Source: Octopus sinensis
Lineage: Eukaryota
DNA length: 64,000 nucleotides
Assembly (NCBI RefSeq): GCF_006345805.1
Contig: NC_043010.1
Location: 48,732,001 to 48,796,000, forward strand
Direction of reading: 5' to 3'
Below the pieces are notes generated by a model that saw nothing but the letters and a program-made list of their open reading frames with translations, searched no databases and was not told where the DNA came from. This document shows, in pieces, positions 40,274-53,304 of this stretch (position 1 is the first letter of the stretch; every line of letters begins with the position of its first letter). The position numbers were made by a program, and so were the translations under genes.

Positions 40274-43200
40274 GTAGTAGTAGTAGTAGTAGTAGTAGTT
40301 TTAGTAGTAGTAGTAGTAGTAGTAGTAGTATCGTCATTATAGATTATCGGTGTTGACTCGAAACAACAAACCAGAACTACACACATACTTTATACTCTCA
40401 ATTCCGAATTCTTTGTATACTCCACCAAGGAGGAGCATTGCCTCTCTATTTTCTTTCATTACCCCCTCCCACACACACACACACACATCTTCCAACCCCC
40501 GATGGAAGCGATCGAAAGACTAATTTCTAGTAATGAAATTCCTTGGACATATTTAATTTATCTCCAGTTTCCGATCTGTGTGAAAACGTATTATTGTTAT
40601 TTATAAGGTTTCGAGTATCAAAGTAAACCGAACAAATGTTATTTCTTTCACTCTCTCTTTTTTTTCTTCTGTTTAGTTGTTTATCTATCTGTCCATCTAT
40701 CTGTCTGTCTGTCTCTCTCTCTCTCTCTTTCTTTCTCTCTGTCCGTCTCTCCCCAACTCTTTCCTTTTCTGCCTGTCTATCTCTCTTTCTCTCTGATTTA
40801 TTCTTTGTTTTGATTATGTTTATACTTTTTGTCAACGAATACATAGCTTGACGAACAGCTGTGATCAATCTCGTCCGCACGGCCATTCATTCGTTCATCA
40901 TCTTCATTTGCCAGACTTTTCACAAAAATCAAATTCAAGAACAAAGAGCCAATGGAAATGAATTAATTGGCAAGTATATAATTTGGTTACGAAGAAGTTA
41001 GCGTTCACAGTAGAGTTGCAAACATCCGTCTACCTTCTCCGTAAATTGTATTTTTTTTAAAATAAATTCTTACAGTATTTTTTGTTGTTCTCTTTTATTG
41101 AGTTTATAGTATTCCGATTTTGTTTAGATTCCAGAAAGAAGTTTTCAAAGTTGTATTTCTGATTAAATGTTTCATTACAAGATTGAATATGTTTAGTTGT
41201 TTGTCGGTCAGCCAAACAACAAACAGCCTGTATTTCCACTTTCCTATATTATTAGGGGCGGGAAGCTCGTGGCCAAGTGGTTAGAGTGTTGCACACAAGT
41301 TCGCGGTTTCGATTTCCGAACTAGGCAGGGCGTTGTGCTCATGAGCAAAATACTTCATTTCTCGTTGGCCCAGTCCACTCACCTATAAAAGAGTAACCCT
41401 ACGACGGTGGAATTTTGTGAATTTGGTCACTTAAACGTCAAAGAAATCGAGAAAGCGGCCTTATGAGTACACGCACTCAAGACAAATAAAAAAAAATGTA
41501 TTATTAGAGCGGTGATTTGAGTTCAAATTCCGCCGGGGTCGACTTTGCCTTTCATCCTTTCGGAATCAATGAAACAATTACCATTTGGGCACTGGGGTCG
41601 ATGAAACCGACTAGTCCCCTCCCACAAAATTTTAGTCCTTGTGCCTATAGTAGAAAGGATTATTAGGGCGGTAAGCTATTAGAATCATAAAAAGCGTCGG
41701 AGAAAATGCCACGTGGTATTTCTTTTGATTCTTTACGTTCTGAGTTCAAATCCCGTCGAGGTGAACTTTGTCATTAATCCTTTCAGGCTGATGAAATAAA
41801 GTACCAGTCATGTACTGATGCCGGTGGTATCGACCAATCTCTGTCCGTCAAAGCTGCTGTTTTGTCCCATAAACTGTTCCGTGTCCCATAAACTATAGGT
41901 ATCGGTTACTTGTGCTATCCCTGGGAATGGGTATGCAGGCACACTAATATTCGTAGGGTACAGGTAACAACAGAATAAACAAAAATTTATCAGGAATCAA
42001 GTTTAAATAGAAAATGGAGAAAACTTTTGATCAACAAACAAATTGGACCACATCTATAGATTATTTTTTAATACAAAACATAACATAACATTTCTATGAC
42101 ATAACATTTCTTACGGCCGTTTCCGCTTCCAATGCCAGTCGGTGCTTACAAAAGAATTTCCAAAATAATACTCGTCGTCTTCATAGGATATTCGATCTAG
42201 TACATGGATCTTTATCAGAGTGAATACAAATGCGTAAAATAAAATAAACTAAGAGAAGGGGGAATATGAAAGAACAGAGCCTCGAGAAGATGCCAGAAGG
42301 CTCAATATATCACACCATCTTCCAGCGTGGAGCTTTGAAGTTGATAGGTTATAGAGTGATCTAGCAGTAGCCTAGGGGAATATTTACGGGATATTTTTAT
42401 ATAAAGGAGGAACCAGAATGTTTGAAAAGTAGTGAAAGGAAGTTAGCACTCATATAAGACAAGAAATTACCAATATGTCTAGGAAGATAATAGCACTTAT
42501 GCTTTCGTAAATTGCGCTAGTTGATATTTATCCCAAAACAAAACCATAGGGTTCTTAATGTACTTAATGAAAGATTGTAGAGACCTCCACCTGTTGCCCG
42601 CAGTGGAATTGACCAAAGTCTATCCATCACTACAGTTAGTCAATTATATTTGAACCAAGGGCAAAAGTTAAGACCGTTTCAGGGGATATGTAAAAAAAAA
42701 AAAAAGATCTACAGATGTGGTCCAATTTGTTTATATCTATCTATCTATCAATGGCCCAGTGGTTACGGCAGCGGACTCGCGGTCGTAGGATCGCGGTTTC
42801 GATCCCCAGACCGGGCGTTGTGAGTGTTTATTGAGCGGAAACACCTAATGCTCCACGATGCTCTGGCAGGGGTGGAGGCGATCCCTGCTGTACTCTTTCG
42901 CCACAACTCTCATTCTTTCTTCTGTTGGCCTGCTCGCTTAGCCAGCGGGGTGGCGTCATTTGAAGGCCAAAACAATGCGAAGCGCATTGTGACCAGCGAT
43001 GTGTAACAACATCTGATAGCCTGGTCGGTCACGGTGATCATGGTGATATATATATATATATATGGTTATTTTGTAAGAAGTTTACTCCACACCACATGGC
43101 TCCGAGTTTATAGTCCCACTGCGAGGCAACCTGGGCAAGTCTTTTCTACTATAGCAACGGGCCAACTGAACTCTTGTGAGTGGATTTGATAGAAGAAAAC

Positions 43201-43809
43201 TGAAAGAAGTCTGTTGTATATGTGTGCGTGTGTGTGTGTGTGCATGAATATGTATGTATTTATCTTTGTATGAAGGCGCGTGGCGTAGTGGTTAGGCTAT
43301 TCCACTCACGATCGTAAGGTCGCGAGTTCGATTCCTGGTGACACGTCGTGTCCTTGAGCAAGACGCTTTATCTCACGTTGCTCCAGTTCACGTAGCTGTT
43401 CTTTAAAAGGCCAGTTTTGTCATATTCTGTGTCCCGCTGAATCTCCCTGAGAACTACGATTCAGTCTTTTATTTGCTAGTTTGCTTTTCAGACACGGAGT
43501 ATCTTGGACTACATTATTTAATGGAGTGTGTCAATCTTCAATTTTTTAAGTGGTACAGTGAAATTTGCGGGAGATTTGACTACTATTTCTTGCAGTTCAA
43601 GTGAATTTATATAACTCTACACTCCGTCACTGACTCAGTATTGTACGTTTATCTGTGATGTTCATACCTAAGTATGCACATATTATTGATTGTTTACTAT
43701 ATGCAATTTATGCTTGTACCATTGTATGTTTGTTCGACGAGCGATGTCTGTGCTTTATGCATGTTTAATTGAGGTTTTGTGTTGTTTTCTTTTCATTTCC
43801 TTTTTGTAG

Positions 43810-43874
43810 GAAGTGGCTCCGTACGCGTGCACGTTTGTACTTAATTTTCTACGTGTATCCATGTGTAAATATAT
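43810..43874 (+). CDS. Candidate exon with strong splice signals, unknown gene
   Basis: A long polypyrimidine tract plus TAG acceptor and a GTGAGT donor. Two frames are open (KWLRTRARLYLIFY.. or EVAPYACTFVLNFLR..). Confidence 0.2.
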
Positions 43875-44499
43875 GTGAGTCACTTAGGTTTCTTACGAAA
43901 ACTACCGTGTCATTATTATCAATTCGGACTTTGAAACACAACTAATGCATCACTACACACATATTATTTGGCAATCACACGCTAGTCTAATTATAAGGAT
44001 GGTTTTTCCGAGTAAGTTCAACCCTTCTCCATTATACCTGAAACTTTCGGTCCAGTATTTATGTTAAAACTATAATAGATTTAGCAACTGTCTTCACACC
44101 GTCCATCTAACATGTTTCTTATTATAACCGAGCGTACATGATTTTGTAATTCAGTTGTTTAAGCAAATGGATCGATAGACGATTCCTGGAGTCTTGCTGC
44201 TTTGGATCTGTGATTATATTTCCCACGCTCATCTTGAAGTTTCTTCTGTCAGCTTTCTTACATCCTAAACCTTATCATTGCTATCAACTCCGTTTGAAGT
44301 TATTTCAGCTTCACCAAAAATTTAATGTAATTATGATCTAATCAGCGTTCAATAAATTATATTTTATACTTGATGTTGTACAGACGCGGGGGAATTGGGT
44401 GCTACGTCATTGCTGTTTCCTGGTGCTGAGATGTCTAATATTGTGTTTAAAGGTGGTGAAGTTGTAGAGCGGTACACTGCATTACAATACTCAAACTCC

Positions 44500-45120
44500 T
44501 AAAGGTGGCGAGCTGGCAGAATCATTAGCACGCCGGGAGAAATGCTTAGCGGTATTTCGTCTGCCGCTACGTTCTGAGTTCAAATTCCGCTGAGGTCGAC
44601 TTTGCCTTTCATCCTTTCGGGTCGATTAAATAAGTACTAGTTACGCACTGGGATCGATATAATCGACTTAATACCTATGTCTATCCTTGTTTGTCCCCTC
44701 TGTGTTTAGCCCCTTGTGGGTAGTAAAGAAATAGGTATTTCGTCTGCGGTTACGTTCTGAGTTCAAATTCCACCGAGGTCGACTTTGCCTTTCATCCTTT
44801 CGGGGTCGATTAAATAAGTACTAGTTACGCACTGGGATCGATATAATTGACTTAATCCCTTTGTCTGTCCTTGTTTGTCCTCTCTATGTTTAGCCTCTTG
44901 TGGGCAATAAAGAAATAAGAATCGTTAGCACGCCAGGCAAAATGCTTCGCGGCATTTTGTCTATTTTTACATTCTGAGTTCGATTTCCGTTGATGTCAGC
45001 TTTACCTTTCATCCTTTCGGGTTCGATAAAGTAATTACCAGTTGAGCTATGGGGTTGATGTAATTGACTTAATCCCTTTCCTGAACTTGCTGGTCTTGTG
45101 CCAAAACTTGAAACCAATAT
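44500..45120 (+). mobile_element. SINE family B dimer plus older copy
   Basis: Junction GAAATAG|GTATTT at 44734/35. A third, diverged unit starts at ~44920. Confidence 0.85.
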
Positions 45121-46012
45121 TTTATTAAGTTTAAATATGACATCAATTAAATAAATATCAAGCAATATAGTCAAAGAAGGTCGTCGACTAATGCAGTTAT
45201 TTTTCTAGCACATTGTGTTCTAAGCTCAAATTCCAACGAGGTCGAGTTTGTTTTACATATTTGGTGATCGATAATAAAATACCAATCAAGTACTGGAATC
45301 GCTTCTCTCTCTCTCACTCGCTCGCTCACTCACTCACACGCATACACACACACTCTCTCTCTCACCTTCTCTCTCAGCTCTCTCTTAGTATCATTATGGG
45401 AAAGATCATGGAGGCCACTTATTATGTCCTTCCCTCCAAGAAATGAAGAATGCTGCTAACAATTTCTTCCCATGTAGGATGCTTCGTAACCTATTCAAAG
45501 GATCCATAGAACGTAGTGGGCATGGATGTACCGACGTGCTGCACAGCGCAGAACAATGAAAATGCATTCGACTATATTGATCATAAGCTCCCTACAACTC
45601 GAACAAACCGGCTCTGTAAATCAATATTGTATTTAACTGGCAGAAAATCGTTATCGTGTAGTCCCAAATGCTTAAGGGCATTTCTTGCGATTCTTTATGT
45701 TCTGAACCCAAATTCCACCGAGGTCAACTTTGCTTTCCATCTTTTCAGGGTCGATACACTATGCTTCTGTAAAATATTTTAGGTACCTATGTACTCGCAA
45801 GCGGACAAATACACCTTCTCAGTCCACTCACTCTTGATCCAGGGAATATCCAGGGCATGAAAGATGGAAGGGAAAAGGAGGGAGAAAGAGAGAGAACTGC
45901 ACCAGCTATAGGCTGGTATTCGTTTTCAGTAGTTTGGCGCAACGTGAAGTAAAGTGCCTTGCTCAAGAACACAGTGCACTGCCTGAACTAGGAATTGAAC
46001 CCATCACCTTAT

Positions 46013-46050
<38 letters not shown>

Positions 46051-46160
46051 ATTGAAGTGTCTTTCATTATTCCACTGAACTGGGCCAACATCCTCCCGTA
46101 GACTACAATAGAAAAGTAACTACCAGTAGTATTATTATTCAAGGTATATATTGGTTCCTT

Positions 46161-46451
46161 CTTGAGCCACGTCTGGCTCATAAGGGCCGGTTTCCCGGTT
46201 TCCTTGGCGTATAGGTTCCCCACCTGGACGAGACGCCGGTCCGTCGCAGGTGAGCTGCAAGATGCAGGAGGAAAGAGTGAGAGAAAGTTGTGGCGAAAGA
46301 GTCAGCAGAAATTCGCCATTACCTTCTGCCGGAGCCGCGTGGAGCTTAGGTGTTTCGCTCATAAACACACACATAGCCCGGTCAGTGATTCGAACCCGCA
46401 ATCCCTCGACCGCGAGTCCGCTGCTCTAACCACTCGGTCATGTGCCTCCAC
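46161..46451 (-). mobile_element. SINE family C
   Basis: Near-identical to 5051-5340. Related copies are at 6390-6655, 37235-37383 and 49505-49752 (-), and 42751-43047 and 62652-62870 (+). Confidence 0.9.
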
Positions 46452-46701
46452 TATTCAGAGTATAGGACCGGTTTAATACTATAAAACTATTCCTTGAATT
46501 CCTTTAGCGGATTCCATTCTATTGTAAACGTACGGAAGAAGTCACTGGCCTGAGAATACTTTACACACAAGTATAAGACTGGATACTGGCCTCCAACCCC
46601 TTCTGTGAAAGCAATAAAACACTGAAAAGGACATTCCAGTAAGTCCTCTACCATTCCACATTATTTACAAAAAGCAAATCAATCTTAGTCATTAATGTGC
46701 A

Positions 46702-46905
46702 AATACGAGGTGGTTTTGAGTAAAAGAAAACACAGGCGGATTAGTTAATTATGATTTTATTCAACATATTCTCCTCTCAGATTCACACACTCATTGCAGC
46801 AGTCCTTCAGATTTTGTAAGCCCTGTAAAAGAACTCGGAAAGTTGGGCCTACAATCAGGCCTTTCGTGATACACTTAAAGCCAGTAACTTTTCAGCACCC
46901 TGTTG
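46702..46905. mobile_element. Mariner-derived short non-autonomous element
   Basis: Begins TACGAGGTGGTTTTGAGTAAAAG and ends AACTTTTCAGCACCCTGTTGTA, resembling degenerate mariner TIRs. Confidence 0.5.
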
Positions 46906-47637
46906 TATATGCACGGAAACTCGAACAGCTATTACACGAAGCAAAGGAATTGGATGTATGTTAGCATCCTATTTATACTGTTTACATCGTTAAGATATCA
47001 CGGATCTCTTTATATTCTCAACGAGAGTGTCCATTGTATACGCCCCAATTGAAGGAGCTTCTATTTGACAAGCAATAAAAGATTGTTCAATTGTATTAAC
47101 ACTAGCAGCCCTTTCACACAGAAAATGTTCTCTTTCGGTAATCTAATTTGATATGATCAACTTCGCAAATAACCATCCACCACTGTGTCTGTTTACTCTT
47201 CTGTATTCCTTATTTCGGAAGCATATTGCCGTCCAACGATTTTTCCGCTTCGCCACGGAACATCTACCAGGCGAGAAATCGTCTTGTACAGAATATTTAA
47301 CCTTTATGTTGTTACTGTTAATTGAATTGAGTTTTTCATTGATTTCCATTAACATTTCAAGTTTTCATTTCACTCGTGAAGACCATACGTGCATCAATGC
47401 CTTTATTATCAATTCAATGTTTAAATGCTTTACACTGTTCGGATAATAATTATTTATTATCGAAACTTACTTAACTGAAAAGATTTAGATAGTGATATAT
47501 CAGATCATCAAACTTTGCTTAGCTTTGCAACATCAACAGCTGGGTAAGTTGATTCTTGCTCTGGTAAACGATGGCGATAATAATAATGTAAAAGCTGTTG
47601 ATCATGCCAATATGGCGGCTGTAATATATTTCGACTA

Positions 47638-48001
47638 GGCGAAATGCTTAGCGGTATTTCGTCTGCCGTTACGTTCTGAGTTCAAATTCCACCGAGGTCG
47701 ACTTTGCCTTTCATCCTTTCGGGGTCGATAAATTTAGTACCAGTTACGTACTGGGGTCGATATAATCGACTTAATCCGTTTGTCTGTCCTTGATTGTCCT
47801 CTCTGTGTTTAGCCCCTTGTGGGTAGTAAAGAAATAGGTATTTCGTCTATCTTCACGTTCTGAGTTCAAATTCCGCCGAGGTCGACTTTGCCTTTCATCC
47901 TTTCGGGGTCGATAAATTAAGTACCAGTTGTGTACTGGGGTCAATCTAATCGACTGGCCCTCTCCCCCATTATTTCGGGCCTTTTGCCTAGAGTAGAAAA
48001 G
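47638..48001 (+). mobile_element. SINE family B dimer (5'-truncated)
   Basis: Two units with a 15-bp TSD AATATATTTCGACTA at 47623-37 and 48002-16. Confidence 0.9.
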
Positions 48002-48213
48002 AATATATTTCGACTAAGTTTTAGCTGTCATCTCTTTCCTCTGCCTCAAATATTTAAAGGATATTAGTATTCTTCTGGTGTAATTACATAACTATTAAAT
48101 CAAGATTCTAATACACTTGTGATAAAATAGCTAATGTATACACACTATCAATAGGCCATTTACTGCAGGATTTGTACTGAAATAACATGCCTTATGGACT
48201 TACTGTGTTAAAA

Positions 48214-48244
<31 letters not shown>

Positions 48245-49020
48245 CAGGGAGGGACAAAGAATTCATTCCAGCCGTTGCCAGTGACAGCGCATGCACATTG
48301 AACACGTAGCGAGGTTAGTTATACAGCTTTAAGTAGCCAAATAATTGGTAAGTAACCTCTAAGATTGACTTTAACTTAAAATATCCTAGCTATCTGAAAA
48401 GCAATCTATATACTTTATTTGTGTTCAAATGAAAGATCTCCACCAGATGTATCCTTTCCTGCTAACCCCATAAAAATATATTAAAGAGAAAAAAAGTTAT
48501 ACAGCTTTCAATAATTGCCAGTTGTAAATATGTGTGTTGCAATTACATAAATACTTAAATGACAACTTGTCAATAGAAGGCAAACAGAAAATCCATTCTA
48601 TAATTGTTTTATTTTTAGTCGACCTTCTCTCCTAATTCGACTCTTCATTGCTCATAGTTAGTGCTTTATATATTTTTTTATTATTGCTCCCTTTTTAAAA
48701 AAAATTTATTTCTGATAAATATTAATTAAAAAATTAATTCTAAATAGGCAGATTTCATAATATCTAATGTAAAGAAAGTGCTATTCAATTTAGAATTTCT
48801 AACAAAAATGAATAGACATCAATTATTGATCAATAAGAAATGAAATAGTATTAAAAAGTAAGCTAAATTTGTTATTAGAATAAAATTTATTAATTTTTCT
48901 GCATCGCCTGTAAAAGAAAAGTGGACTAGAATGAAAAATGCGAGCAAGGGATAATAATATTCTTAGGTATTTAATAAACTTGGAAAAATACAGGATAACA
49001 TCAGGATCAGGATAGACTTG

Positions 49021-49067
<47 letters not shown>

Positions 49068-49784
49068 TATATACAGATATATATCACCGTCACCGTGACC
49101 AACCAGGATATCAGATGTTGCTACACATACACACATACATATACAAAGAATGTTCTGAAACTAATGCAAAAGTTGGTATAATTTTTCTTTAATTATCTGA
49201 CATAAATCGTTCAAATTGCGCATGTAGGCGTAGGAGTGGCTGTGTGGTAAGTAGCTTGCTTACCAACCACATGGTTCTGGGTTCAGTCCCACTGCGTGGC
49301 ACCTTGGGCAAACCTCTTCTGCTATAACCTCGGGCCAACCAAAGCCTTTTGAGTGGATTTGGTAGAAGGAAACTGAAAGAAGCCCGTCGTACATATATAT
49401 ATATATATTGTGTGTAGTGATTAAAACCTGTTCATTTCATCCTTTTGCTTTGTAAATTTACACACACACGCACACACGCACACACATATACATATGTATA
49501 TCACGTGGTCACATGACCGACCAGGCTATCAGATGTTACTACACATTGCTGGTCACAATGCGTTTCTCATTGTTTTAGCCTTCAAATTACGCCACCCCGC
49601 GAGCAGGCCAACAGAAGAATGAGTGAGACACTCCCTGCCGGAACCTCGTGTTTTCGCTCAATAAACACTCGCAACGCCCGGTCTGGGAATCGAAACCGCG
49701 ATCGTACGACCGCTAGTCCGCTGCCCTAACCACTAGGCCATTGCGCCTCCACGGCGCTCCACATATGTATATATAAGTACGTAA

Positions 49785-49835
<51 letters not shown>

Positions 49836-50215
49836 TGTGTGTAAATACGTATTCATGGCTACATATACAGAGAGAAAGACAGAGAGAGTGTGAGTAAATA
49901 GGGGAGTGAGTGAGAAGGAGAGAGGGAATGAGAGAGAGACAAACAGACAGGACTTTTAAAAATTACTAACGACGGTAATGTATGGTGGCATGAAATAATT
50001 AAGCAATATTTATTAAACTAGCCCTAAACCTGTGTAAATAAATAATATTTATTGAGTATAAACATATAAACGCTTGCAGTTTCGACCGCAAAATGTTTTC
50101 ACTTCGTCAAAAATTTTATTTGTGTTTACCAGAAGTATAAAATCCAAATTGTTCACTCTTGTGAAACCTACAATAATTAATGAGTAGCTATAGTGTGTTA
50201 TGCTTTTATCTATCT

Positions 50216-50249
<34 letters not shown>

Positions 50250-50364
50250 CTGTCTGTCCGACTATCTATCTATCTATCTATCTATCTATCTGTGACCGCG
50301 TGTGTATCGTTGGCAATTTTCTTTCTCCGTCTTCCCTTTAGACTTTTTCTATATTTCTGATGAA

Positions 50365-51455
50365 CCAATATGGTGGCAAAGCTGAGACCATTGCAGAAGG
50401 ATTGAAAAGCATCTTGGACGAATTTCACTTGTGGGGCGCGATCTCAATGATTATTGCTGATACGACTAGTGTGAATACAGTGGGGTAGTGGTAAAACTGC
50501 AGAGAATGCTCTTGAGCAAAGGCTATGACAAGCTACCATTCATCAACTGTTAACACTATGTCTTGGGCAGAATCCTGCGCGTTATTATGGATGAGGAGCT
50601 AGCAGGCGCATGCAATTCACCCAACATCGAATATTTTTTTTGTCAAAGAACTCATGGCAAGTTATTGAGAACTCCAAGGCTCCTTCCCGAATGTCTTCGA
50701 AGATCAAGCTCGCTGGAGAGATGATATGAAGGTTTTGTTCCACTTAACCCATGCCTTTCGGTTTTTCCATTAAAACGGAGACATACCTTTCATCAAGTTT
50801 ACGAAAATTCCGAACATCAGTAATGTCAGATGGAATTAACGAGCAATCCTAGCTTTTCTTGCACTTTTCCTCATGCCACATGTGAGAGGAAGATTGCAGA
50901 TAGTCTGCCAGTTCATCTCATACGATTGAGTGGACCACTGGTTCAGTGACCAAATGTATAGAGCTGAAGGTTATGCAGAGCTATTGTAAGCCTTAACCTT
51001 ACAAGACTGCTTTTAAATGCTTGACAAATCACTGGAAACAAGAGCCAACAAGACTAAACATCTGCAGAAGTAATCAATGCTGTGAGTGTGTAATTAAGGT
51101 CATGCCAAAAACTACATGCGACATGCAAGAACAAAGCCAACCTGCCATGCGTTTCACTCTTTCTAACAACTTACCGCAACTTGACTATTGACTAATTTGA
51201 CTTTATATGACTTACCTTCTTTTTATTGTTCTGGAATGCAGAATACAGTTCTTTTTTTTTTTTATTCAACTAGGGTTCTAGTTTTGGGAAATCCACCCAA
51301 ATGCAACCCGAGTATAAAAATTTCAAAGTTCGTCATGGGTGAACTTTTCTGATCAAATACATAAAAAAACGACCATTGATTTTCATTGTTTTCTAGCAAA
51401 AGCTCGTCAAAATTTTATACAGGGCTATGGAGTCGCAAAAAAAATTGTAACCCTC
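50365..51455 (+). mobile_element. DDE transposase remnant, probably Sola2-type DNA transposon (right half)
   Basis: Broken frame reads GKAETIAEGLKSILDEF..IIADTTSVNT..RWRDDM..PNISNVRWN..RSNQCCECVIKV. The right terminus ..GTAACCCTC (5'-GAGGG when inverted) is followed by ATAT. The superfamily call comes from motif recall. Confidence 0.65.
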
Positions 51456-51465
51456 ATATACATGC

Positions 51466-51514
<49 letters not shown>

Positions 51515-51584
51515 CATACATACATACATACATACATACATACATACATACATACATACATACATAAAAACACACACACTTAGC

Positions 51585-51616
<32 letters not shown>

Positions 51617-51800
51617 AATATACATACATACATAAATACAGACAGACAGGCATACAAGCATGGTGACTGTCAGCTCGTAGGCGAGTATGACCATCCTTAA
51701 CAAATTAGCGTATTTTAGGATCTTAAAGACAATGGCTGTCAGCAATGCTAGTGCTGAATACTGAAGTTAATAACATCTTGCACCACATGGCTAAAACGCT

Positions 51801-51848
<48 letters not shown>

Positions 51849-53304
51849 CGTATGCGTTCGTGCGTCTTTGTGTGTGCTTGCAGTATTTTTACTTTTAGTT
51901 TCAAGATGAGCGACTCAAGCTAAAGACCTAAAGAATGGAGAATTTTCACAATTTTCACACTGAGTGGGAAGAAACTAAATAGTTTCATCAAAGTGTTTAT
52001 TTAATATGCGGAGGCAGTGCAGCAATAATGCTGAACGTCATTTCCAGTCTAGTCACACGTCTCTTAATAATAGCCACCCAATTAAATCTGAAATAAGAAA
52101 ACAAAAAATAAACGTATGAAAATCAAGTTTATCTAACTAGGAGCTTGTTTTCGCTAGAAACGTAAAAGAAACTGAAGATGCTACAATTTTTTTCTTTCAA
52201 ATATAATTTGACTACCAAAAGAAAACAATTCTAAGATGGGCATTTTGTTTAAAGAAGTGTTTCTCAGTTGTGGTGGTTGATTTATGTGATATTTAACACG
52301 ATTTATAGAAAAAAAATAGTGATTATTGATTCAGGGTAGAAACACCCTCAAATCTCTTTTTAAAGTGTTCCTGAAGCCCTTGAACGTAGTTAATGAATGG
52401 TGATGAATTAAAGTCACTGTCACATCATTTTCTTTATATTTACTAAAACGTTCGACAGATTTCATTGCCAACTGGAAAATTCACAAAATTATATCAGAAA
52501 TTATATATCAAAATTATATCAGAAATAAAGCACTGATTAAACAACAGTTTTGCAAGAATACATGGAATGTATGCAAATTCAACAGCGACTTGGTAATATG
52601 TGGTTAGTTCTCGCTACGGTTTGATGAATCAAAAGATGTATCAGACACAATACCGCCTATTTGGCACTCCGTCGGTTTCAACGATGAGGTTTCCAGTTAA
52701 TCCGATCAACGGAAAAGCCAGCTCGTGGAATTAACGTGCAAGTAACTGAGCACTCCACGAACACGTTTATCCTTGACATTGTTCTCAAGGAGATTCAGCG
52801 GGACACAGAATAAGACAAGGTCGGTCTTTGAAATACAGGTACAATTCATTTTTGCCAGTTGAGGAGACTGGAGCAACGTGAAATAAAGTGTCTTGCACAA
52901 GAACACAACGCATCGCCAGGAAGCGAACTCACTACCTTACGATAGCGAGCCGAATGCCCTAACCACTAAGCCTTCACAATACAGCCTATATTTCCGGGGA
53001 AACTATTGAAAATGTTGCCTATGAAACGGTGAACAGCAGGTGACGGTGTTTATTACATATTGAAGCTATACGTAATGTTAATATATACGCCAAGGCGGTG
53101 AGCTAGCAGAATTATTACTGCCCTGGGCTAAATGCTTTGTGGAATTTCTTCTGTCTCTATGTTCTGAGTTCAAATTACGCCGAGGTTGACTTTGTCTTTC
53201 TTCTTTTCAGGTTTGATAAAATAAGTACCAGCTAAACACTGAGATCGATGCCTAATCCCCTCCCACGAAATTTCTGGTCTTGTGCTAAAATTACAAATCA
53301 ATAT

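Noticed and set aside
46980-47420. Long minus-strand frame with few stops
   Set aside because: No recognisable domain or convincing splice sites.
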